The notes under the pieces were generated by a model. It did not search any database. It was not told the DNA's origin and saw nothing but the letters and a program-made list of their open reading frames with translations. A stretch of DNA of 62,329 bases, the filler included, from Sphacelaria rigidula (taxonomy: Eukaryota), in the NCBI GenBank assembly GCA_964200075.2. It is 5 parts of 5 records of this genome, joined end to end, with 100 filler letters (N's around TTAATTAATTAA, not from the genome) between each part and the next. Parts side by side here need not be neighbours in the genome. Positions count along the whole stretch, not along the records: positions 49,945 to 62,329 come from CAXNAA020003834.1; 4 more parts are not named here. One strand, given 5' to 3'. Shown here piece after piece: positions 52,901 through 62,329 of the stretch (positions within the stretch are counted from its first letter, which is position 1; the number at the start of each line of letters is the position of its first letter). A program made the translations under genes and the position numbers.

Positions 52901-53747
52901 ATGCTCACACACATAGGAAAACGATCGACATAGTCCACATAGCGTACTATATATTGTGTCACTCTTTACATCTCCTCACGCACTGTATGTGAGTATATTA
53001 TATACAGAGGCTAATACACGTAAATAAATACAATCGACCTACTTTGCTCTATTGTCACCAAAAACGTGCGCCGTCCATTTTACTGCATGACGATAACGCG
53101 GTCGTTTTTGTATCGCTACAGGCACCAGCTGAGAGCAGAGCAGTATAAGACACCAGCTATGATAATAGCTTTCAACAGTTTGGCGCTCTCCGAGGTTCCC
53201 TGTAGAGACAGGCGACCAAGCGACTACTGTAAGAAACTTTCTCGCAGAACTGACGAACCTCAATCATTTCATGGTTATGTTCTAGCTACGAAAGCAAGGC
53301 CTGGGCGAGGGGAAAGCGCATGCACCGGCGGAACGCTGGCGGTTCACACTCGTTGCCGCACCGCACACCTTCTACGAGCAGCCCGCGACGCGCCTCCAGT
53401 TATTTTTCTGTCGGGGGTTCGGTCAAAGATGCCACCTACGGACAAGACGAAGAGGCCGGCAAAAAGCTACGGTTGTTCAGAGAGCGTCAGTTGGGAACGA
53501 CGTGTCCTTGCACCCACCTCAGCAGCTACAGAGCACACATGGAACCCATGGACAATGGCAACGGGAACCTCACGATCGCAATCTCGAATTCTTTTGACCG
53601 CGTATGGCAATGCGTTGCACAGGGTTCGGCAAAGACATGTCAAGGTTTTGCGATTAATCAATAACTATATACAAATATCATTGGGCGGGTTCCGCGGTAA
53701 AACTAAATATTTTTCACTAGTTTTTCATAACACGGCGGGAAATATAA

Positions 53748-54131
53748 GTGCTAAGATACCGATTGACTGCTGAGCTAAACAGCCAACGTTGCCTGCTTAG
53801 CTCAGCAGCGAATCGGTATCTTAACAAAAGCTAAGCTCCCGGGTACGAATCCCTGTGCAAGTAAAAGCATTCTTCGATGTCGCGAGGGTGCGGTCGAATG
53901 AAACGGGAAAAGACTGAGAATTTGACTTCGATGTTGAACGCCGGGTGCGGATCGAAGTCTACCGCTTGAACTGAACAGCGTTGGTTACAGGCATAGCAAC
54001 CCTGGGGTGAGAGTACTCGGGGTCATGCAACGGACCCATCGAACTTAGCTTTTGTCAAGATACCGATTGACTGCTGAGCTAAACAGCCAGCGCTGGCTGT
54101 TTAGCTCAGCAGTCAATCGGTATCTTAACAC
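53748..54131. mobile_element. 384-bp foldback/MITE whose termini are 70-bp palindromes; TAA flanks
   Basis: Palindromes at 53753-53822 (4 mismatches) and 54057-54126 (perfect). Inner inverted repeat acaaaagctaag / cttagcttttgt. TAA lies on both sides. Confidence 0.75.
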
Positions 54132-55458
54132 TAACCTCTGAATTTTTGCACCAACTACTATAGGAACACGAGGGTTACAGTTATTTTTTTTTTCATTAGG
54201 TAATCGTGCTGGTGAGTTGGTGACGATTAAGTGGGTAAATCTGGGCAAAATTCGCCTCCATGGGCCCCCCGAGAAAAATTCAAACCCCTCCGAATCGTAT
54301 GAAAATTTCAGGAGGGATGAGTTTAACATTGCTGAACACATTTCGGAGGTCAGGGATGAAAACCAAGCATTTCTGCGCTACTTATGCCCCTTTAACGTTT
54401 ATGCAAGAAAGTGGGGATGAGCTGGGATGACATTTCGAAGACAGTGAAATATCCTTTCCCCGTGCATACGTTCCACATGTTGATTCAAGCTCTGCAAACT
54501 CTATGTTGGGGTAATTTTGGGTCGGGGGTCACTAATACATCATCAGCATTACCTAGTCCGGCAATTCAATCGCCTTATATGTGTACAATTGCTGGGCTTT
54601 CGTGAGCCATTTCAAGATTTCCGAGAAACTCGAAATCCTCTTCCGGGTGCGAGTGTTTGTCGGAGTAGCTTTCTTAGTGGCTCTACCCCCCCTATTTCGG
54701 CCAAGCCGAATCGATTGCTACTGATTCCAAATACACCAGAGTTCGGGAAGGCCTCGAAAACAAATCGAGTCGAAGGTGAACTTGTTTTTATTGGAATTTG
54801 TTCTAAATATCAATTTTGGGCGTTTCAGGACAAAGTACAACGTCGATTTTTCATCAAAAACAATTCGAGCCAGGAGAACCTTTTTTTCTTTAGCTCGGTA
54901 CCCGCCGTTGGTGATATCGGCCCACGGTGACTAACTTGTCACGCTGATCATGCGTAATCCCACCGTCATTCTCTGATGTCGAGGCATATCGCCGGCGATT
55001 TTGTGAAGAAAGTGGCAAGCTCTTTACACTGTCGATAAACCAAGGTGCCTTCAGCTACAGTCCTCCGCAATCGACTACCGTGCAGTCAGAATAAGGGTGA
55101 GTTTTCAGGGTCGGCCGGGTATCGCACAGAAGTACTGCGTGGTGGATCGCCTCGCCCACCATCCTTTGTTGTTATTATGCATACGTAGTGACAACATCCT
55201 ACATGCCGCGCTTGATCTTGTCATTGTTTTGTCACATTATCGTTTCATGTAGTAATCAACTCGGGCAACAAGTATACATGCAACTCATTGCTGACGCCTT
55301 GGGCCATATGCATATACAACGTTGAACAATGTTTCCGTGAGTTTGAGAGTCTAGCGTTGATTGAAAGTGGTTTTTATTATTATGTTAATACTCGGACAAC
55401 AACTAAACATGCAACTCTTGCTGAAGTCTTGGAGCACATGCACTTATTGACGATGTTT

Positions 55459-55778
55459 AACAGTGTTTCCGTGAGAGTGAGAGTCTAGCGTTGACTGAGA
55501 GTGAGGTTTATTGCTCCCTCTAACTTCTTGATCATTTCATTTGTTTGTGTGCTATTCTTCGCCTGTAACACTCTGGTGTGCTTTCAGCTACACGTCGATA
55601 TCCTACTTCGGGATATCAAAGGCTCCAGTGGCAAGCTACTACAGAACGCGTATCGTGCCTCATATAAGTCCCCGGTGAGTCCCGGAGGGGTATTTCGGAC
55701 CTTGAACAATTTCATTCATCGATTGGCCGCTTCTCACTCTCATCGTATCCTAGATCCTCAATGTCACGAAACTGTGCT
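55459..55778 (+). mobile_element. MITE, same family, degraded right end (a partial left end also lies at ~55324-55375)
   Basis: Starts aacagtgtttccgtgagagtgagagt and shares the internal 'cacgtcgatatcctac...cagtggcaagctactacagaa' block. Confidence 0.7.
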
Positions 55779-55868
55779 AGTAATGTTTTTTAACCGAACT
55801 TGCATCATTGTGGTCACCGTGTGCGGTTTGAAACAAGGGTAGAAGGGTGCCGCGCACCGATTCCGTAC

Positions 55869-58800
55869 CTGTAGCTCTAGCTGCTGAATCCTGAGGTGCT
55901 GTGATAGGCATACGTCCTCCAGCTTAGAGACGTCCGCCTGGGAAATTGACGCGATGATCCAAGAATCAGGAGAGGAAAACCGAACGATGAGTACGATGAT
56001 CACAACCCCTACCCCTATATCCTGAACTGCATCGAATCGCGTAAGCACACAACCTCCATCCCTTGAAGCAGTAGTATGCTCCTCCAAACGGAATGCTACC
56101 TTTGCAATTTTGCTAACGCTTTTAGCCAGAAAAAAAGACAAGCACATGACACTTTCTACGATGTCCCCCCCCCCGAAACCAGCCCCAAACTGTCACGATA
56201 AAAATGACCATACAGCGCCTGATGTTTGTCTTTAGGCTGCATGAAGCACCTCATACGGGCAAGATTGGCGGAAACGAAACCAAGCGTGGGAATTCAGCTA
56301 CTCGCTGTGCGCAACTTTTTCATTTCGATTTGCGTGCAGATTTCGCCTCCACAAGCCAACCACTTTTTTTTTGGGGGGGAAGGGGGGTATCGTAGAAAGT
56401 GTCACATTTCTATCTCCAGCCGTGGTTGTGAGCAGAAGAGGAGCATGGTCGGGGCTGGAAGTGTGAGCGCGGGAAACACGTGCGGAAAAAAGGCGCGAAC
56501 AAGCTTGTTCCGAGACAGTCAGGTGATACTCCTGTCCCAACATACTGCCGGGAGTGGGATGTAGTGAGACGCTGCAAAAGTGCCACTGGTGGAAACGTAA
56601 AAACGGCCGTGCACCGACCCAGCCCAACGTATCGCGTGCGGGGATATTATTTATCTGGAAGTACAGTACATTCATTCGTGTGTTTTGCTTTTGTCGACTT
56701 GTTTTTGTTCCTTCTTTTCTTCAGCGAGTGTTTCAGTTTTGTTTTTCTTGGGTACGTCTATAATGCGACCACGGCTAGACCCCTGGGGGGTCAGTTAAAG
56801 TGCGACAATTAATCAATAAATCAAGTACATACCTCTGTCGGGGATAAGCCGTTTCCGCAAAGCGGTGCAGGTCCGGAGTCCTTTCGTAAGCGATTGACCC
56901 CGAAAACGGATCCACACATACGGCCACCACAGGCTCCATTGTTTTTATGAACTTCTCCCTCGGCGATGGGCGGATTGCCCCATGCCCTCGCTCCGAGCTT
57001 GCCCAGGAACTTCGCCCGTGCTTCCTCGGCAATGACGTGTGAGATACCCAGCACTTCGAGGGCCTTGCGATACGACATTTGTTGCGCTGTGTACCCCCAA
57101 AGCGTCTCCGTCTTCAACTGTATCGAACCGAGAGCATACAGTCACACGTTCACGTTGAAGGTTTGTGGTAGATATATGATACATGCCTAATTTGGCACCT
57201 GACGTGAGTGGACACGTGACGGGGAAAGATGATACCGTCGACGTCGCTCTTCAGGGTCACGAACAGGGACGCTGGGCGTCCACGCGATGGAGATTTTCAC
57301 GGTTTTCTTCTCCGAACAAGCACGTGGTCGCCCCGGTGGCTCAATTGGAAAGCTCGAAACCCTCTGACGTTTGGGTCGTGGGTTCGAATCTCGGTGCAGT
57401 CGCACCATCTGGATTTTTTTCTCAAACCATGCCTAACAGTGGAGAGCGACTATGTCCTGGGTACACAAAAATCGACTTAATGGTCGACGAGCTAAAGGAA
57501 CGCGGCTGAACCCCTCTCGCGATAAAAAAAATAAGGCGAGCACCGCAGAAGAAAGGTGTAATACTAAAAAAAAAACTCCTGTGTCGGCCTTCCTCCTGTG
57601 TGACCCCGGGTGGTGCGCCCAAATGTTCCGAGAGGTAACAACGTTTTCGTGAAAATGAGAATTGAAGGTACGATTGAGAGTGAAAAGCGGTCAATTAGTG
57701 AATGAGCCGTTTCAGGTCCGAAATGCACCTCCACCAGGCCCAATATTCTCTCTGCAGTAGCTTGCCACCGAGGCCCTCGACACCCCTGAGTAGTATATCA
57801 ACGTGTAGCTGTAAGCACATGGCAGTGATGAGACGGCGAAAAGCACACACGGAATGAAAACTTGGCCAAGTTAAAGCGAATGATCACAGCCACTCTCAAT
57901 CCGCACCCAACTCTCAATCTCACGAATAACTTGTTGGGTGTAGACTGGCCTCCAGAATAGATGGGATCACAACACGACAGCACAACACACAACGAGCAGA
58001 ATATCGGAGCCTAGTCAACGAGCACAGGAAACAAACCCAGCTTCCCTGTGCTCAGGAATTCGATCAGACGGGGGGGGCGAGCTCGATGCTTTTCCCAGGG
58101 CATGCATAAGGTACACTGGGGCAGGAATGATCGAGGGAACTTATCCCTCACCGCCGCGCTAATAGAGAATGTTGTGAAAGTCTTCGCCAGCAGCCCGCTA
58201 GTCTTCTGAGCCAGGCAACGCTATCTCCCACTACCCCCCACCACCACCACCACCCTCGCACCCCCTTACCCGCGCTTCAACAGGCACCTTCCTCGGCAAC
58301 ACTCGCGCCCGTCAGAGAGGGGATCACCGCACAAACAAGGAGATATACAGGATCTGGACTAGGAGCTCGTAGGACCTAGGGTTTTTTTCAACACCCATAG
58401 GCCTGCACTCGTCCGCCAAGTCTTCGAGGTGATATTTTTCGACTTTTTTTTTTTTTTTATCCTTCGACTGCGGAGTCATCACTTTCACGCTTCGGACTAA
58501 TCTATGTCCGTTCGAATCACTAAATCCACAACTTTTCATGCCTGATTGCTCGAAAGAGAGGATAAAAGTTGATCGCTGATGAAAAAGATCTCCACGCAAT
58601 TTCTAAGCCATTTCACGTGCCTGGGCTGGGCGTACCTGGGTTGCAACGCTGAAAGCATAGCCTAAGGATCAATGAATACGGTACGAATCAATCACAGTGA
58701 ACTCAAGTAGTTTCCAGATGAATCATTAATTCGTCCGACCCTCGATCACTCTGACTGCATGCACAGGTATCTCAAGCTCGATGTTTCCGGTATATATTCA

Positions 58801-60826
58801 CCAGGGTTTTACTCAAATATACAGGGGACCTCGAGGTTGCGATACCTCTACAAAATGCTCGAGCTAGAAATAGCAGGCAAGTGTCCCAAAATCTCCGCAG
58901 TTGAAGAGTTGACTCTTTGACCGCCAGGGTGGTTGATCCGCCGAATCGGCATCACTCTCACTCGAAAAATGTCTGCATGGCCCATATGACCCACCGTCGC
59001 CGTCGAAGGGTTGAGGGAAGGCCCAACGGACCCGACCGCAGAATGTGCATTACCCAAATGCCACCAACAGACACAGCAGTTACACGACCGCACGGATCAA
59101 GTTTTCAGAGGCAAACTAGAGCGAGCGGCGGGGTTCAGCAAAGAGCTCTACACTTTTGGTCGCGGAATCATCGCAACCAGCCCGCCGGCTGTGTGCCTGC
59201 TGCTAGATGCGAGCCTGCTGCCGCAGCGGCAAGTCGGGCGTCGTCATTGCGTATATGTACATTCCCACAAGTCACCAGGTCTCGGTGAACAGAATGTGAT
59301 ACTCGCGACAAACGAGGGCGTCATGCGTATTCAAGCTTAGATTAATTACATCGAACTTCGCCTCGTCTGCTGTGGAGTACACCGGAGTAGTAGTAGCAGT
59401 ACTCGTAGGGTGTCGCCCGTGGCTTTTTCTTTCCGCTATTCTTGCACTCGTATTACGAATCAAAATCCCTACGAGTAGTACAAGCACAACCCTTGAAAGT
59501 AATCGCACGTGAAATACTCTTGGCCGTGATGAAACGCTCGCGGCTTCGACGGGCAAAATAAGTTCCCGTGTGGTACTATTTAGGTGCAAGGCGCTGTGCT
59601 GTCCTGTACAAATGTGAGCGAGGGCAATTGTTCATGAATCATTTTCTTGTTTCACGTGTGTTCAAATATGTTGAAGACTTCGTTGCCCGCCCAGTGCATT
59701 ATACACGGAGTAAGTCTTTAGTCTTTATTGTCAAGGCGGATGATTATTTGGGTGAATGTGCTATCGCGCACTGTACTGGATATGCTACCACCCATGTACA
59801 CAGCGGCGATTAGAATTCATGCCAGTACGTCAATGATACAACCATTGATTGGTGTCGCGGCTAAGAAGTGCGACCCCAGGGGAAGTGAGCTAACTGCGTT
59901 AGAAGCCGGAGCCGACGTGATCAAGAACGATCAAGTCGCAACAAGCGACGAGTAACAAATTGCCAAATTGCACCAATGGCCACACATGCCCAGGGAAAAC
60001 GATCGTCTAATAATCTGCGAGCAGGTGGGTATGGATGTGTCTTCTTCATGCGGTGTATACGGTGTACGACACCCAAGAGCAAACCAAGCACAGCGCCGAC
60101 TGCATGCTATTTGCCAGGCTCCGGATCGCTATCCGTGCGACGGGCTCTAGAGAACGGTGCGTGTACCGCACGACAATATCCGATGTCCTCCCTGAGTCTG
60201 AACCACCCTGTGCTGAGACGGCGGAAGGTGCATCAGTGATAAACCAAAGAATGAAAGAGTCCGAGGCTTGTCTTGCCGAGCTTTTCGTTTCAAAAGGGCA
60301 AAAACATCGTTGCTGAGCACTCCGTCCTCAACGTTTACTACACTCCTTGCACGCACTCGTCCTGGTGTTAGTTTGACCCCAAAATCTCCGCAATCGGCCC
60401 AAACGCGGCGCCGCTACACATCGTACATGAAGAGTAGTTTAGCCTACCACGGCGGGACTGTCATCTTCGCACCATACCGCATACAGATATTTACTATTTT
60501 AGTCAGGCCACCTCAACCTTTTGAAAATATAATCGCTCGTACCGACCAACTCGCGTTTGGTGAGGATATGTGCTGATAGACTTTCGCCCTCTACGTCTAT
60601 CCTACGAATAGAGCAACACACTCACGTCTTTACTCTCTTTACTGGGGCTCATCAACCTCTCCGCGACCCGCACGTCCTCTTCGGTCACACCCAACTTGAG
60701 CAATGCCTGCGTTCGAAGCGCTTGGGTGGGGGTCACCCCGAAATGCTTGGACATGCAACTCTGCATGCTGTCGTCCAGCGAGCCGGAGGAACCCAAGCTA
60801 TCGACGAGAGAAACTTCAGGTGACAT
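55869..60826 (-). CDS. Hypothetical protein, partial exon set
   Basis: A candidate first exon 60626-60826 (MSPEVSLVD...ALLKLGVTEEDVRVAERLMSPSKESKD) ends at a GAC|GTGAGT donor in phase 0. A candidate internal exon 55869-55937 (ADVSKLEDVCLSQHLRIQQLELQ; CAG| ... CAG|GTACGG) is coiled-coil-like. Intervening exons are unresolved, and it is only inferred that both exons belong to one gene. Confidence 0.4.
56745..56825 (+). repeat. Short dispersed retroelement 3' end with (AATC)n tail; copies at ~11485-11590 (+), ~27220-27300 (+) and ~31960-32030 (-)
   Basis: Motif cttgggtac.tcta...gaccac.gct preceded by a T-rich tract and, in the + copies, followed by aatcaatc-like repeats. Confidence 0.6.
57328..57991 (+). 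mobile_element. tRNA-derived SINE (interrupted by a MITE)
   Basis: Pol III A box TGGCTCAATTGG (57337-57348) and B box GGTTCGAATC (57381-57390). The body is homologous to 38520-38765 in reverse orientation, and it ends in a CA-rich tail. It does not fold into a full cloverleaf. Confidence 0.7.
57637..57935 (-). mobile_element. MITE, same family, reverse orientation, inserted in a SINE; TSD AGGT/GGGT
   Basis: TIRs aacaacgttttcgtgaaaatgaga / ctctcaatctcacgaataacttgtt. The internal 'ctgcagtagcttgccac' is the reverse complement of the family core. Confidence 0.8.
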
Positions 60827-62329
60827 CGTGCAGTGTACTGTTGTTGTAGCTGAAGCAGTACGTGGACCACGATGTGCCGATTGGGGGGAGGGAAGTTGTC
60901 GAAATGAGGTAGATGAGAAGTACTACGACAACTGATTATTGAGGGGGTGGGGTCGAAATTAGAGGGGCAACTCCGGATGCAACTGTTAACCGTTAGGCCA
61001 TTAGGTTCCACGGATCTTGGAGATTTCAGATTCCTGTACGTATGCCACTGAGTGATAGGATTTTGCGGGGCCTTTGACCCCATTATAATAGTAAAGATAC
61101 CGCCCCTAAAACAGTGTAGACGGACAGACCACGAGTGTATAGTAGTAGTACAGTTCAGTTCAGTACAGTATAGTACAAGTGCCCTGCTGTGCAGTGCAGT
61201 GCGGTACAATAGTAGCACATGAGGAATGAATCGCACAACAAGACAGTCAACAAGGATATCATCGTCGTCAGTCGCAGATCTGCTTGTTCCTGCTACTTCA
61301 CTTCATTACGGCCCGTGGGTAGATTTTGGCGCCCGTTTCCTCTGTTGTTGAGGTATACAGTACTACTTAGTGCTTGCCCTCGTTTCGTTCCATGTCGGCA
61401 GATGTATAGTGCTGGCCTGCAGTCCTTGGCGCCTACCATGGCAAGGAGCCCAGGGGTCGTTCGCGGGGGGAAGTTGTGATTTCTGACCCTAGGTATACGA
61501 GGTGAAAAGAAAAAGTGAGCAAACGAGTCAGAGCGATAAGATGTGTACGTGAGAGCAATACAGTCAGGCACATTCAAACGACCGAAGAAATGTGATAATC
61601 CACGATCCACGATGTTTTCGCACCAGCAGAAAAACGTTTGGGGTGCGTCCACCACAAGCAACGATCACTTGCGCCCACAGTGCCAAAGTCACTGCTGTGC
61701 GTGTCTCTACATGGCGCGGAAAGTAATTTGTGACCTTTACATCTTGTTATAATTCTATTTGCAAATGTTGTTGCACCGTTATTGTTGTCCGGAGAAGGGA
61801 GGGTCGTCGTAGCAGTGTCCAAAAGGATGCGAGACAAATCTCCTGTCTATCTGAAGGGAGCTGAACTTCACCGAGTATATTTTCACTAGCCTCGCTGATA
61901 TCAGGTGTACGAGCTGGTTCACTCATCGTCCAAAAGACACTCATCGGCAAAACTTCACGCCGTTTCAGGGAGTTAATTGGGTAATTTTTGCACAAATGCA
62001 TTGGCCAACACGCAATTTTCGAAGATAGAGTATTATCACTACTTTTTGATTTTTCCACCACATTCCGGGGGTTCTAATTTCCCAAGGAAACTTCGATCCA
62101 GTCGGAATTTCGTAAAACGGTGAAAAACAGACTACAATGAAAAACCCTCGCCCATCCAAGGTTGCGTGCGTAAGAGAGTTTCGAAAAACTATCTTCAGAT
62201 TTTAGAGTCAGAGTGGAAGGAAAAATAGCCGGTAACGGTGCACTACCCGCTATGATGGTAGGATTTCGAAGAAATCTGAGGTTTGTGTTTGGCGGATGAC
62301 GGATTATAGGATGAGATCACGAAGCGGTG

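Noticed and set aside
53066..53773. 235-aa ORF as a gene or transposase
   Set aside because: It has no recognisable motif or splice pattern. It may be decayed TE coding sequence, but that cannot be supported.
57330..57410. Functional tRNA gene
   Set aside because: It has A and B boxes but no proper acceptor or anticodon stems, and it continues into a dispersed repeat body, so it is a SINE head.
1..62329. Endogenous giant-virus segment, or Fanzor/TnpB-type system
   Set aside because: There are no dense intronless ORFs and no RuvC, capsid, integrase or polymerase motifs in any frame provided.

Overview
This is eukaryotic, intron-rich DNA that is most consistent with a brown alga (Phaeophyceae). 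That taxon call is an inference from gene structure and repeat types. The window is not one locus. It is five contigs of 12387, 12386, 12386, 12385 and 12385 bp (1-12387, 12488-24873, 24974-37359, 37460-49844, 49945-62329), apparently sorted by length and joined by a 100-nt N44-TTAATTAATTAA-N44 linker. Contig 1 holds the last six exons of a WDR55/JIP5-like WD40 gene (+). Contig 2 holds the first six exons of a very large MEE44-like non-canonical nucleotidyltransferase gene (-), including a 3.9-kb low-complexity exon and a probable GC-AG intron; the contig ends inside the catalytic motif. Contig 3 holds a phase-consistent multi-exon gene of unknown function (-) that the ORF track largely misses, plus AGCT-rich tandem arrays and nested inverted-repeat elements. 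Contig 4 is mostly decayed retroelements and microsatellites. Contig 5 holds fragments of a small unknown gene, a tRNA-derived SINE interrupted by a MITE, and a 384-bp element whose ends are 70-bp palindromes. I found no CRISPR array, rRNA, intact tRNA, intact transposase or recognisable viral gene. Protein family calls rest on remembered motifs, not on searches.
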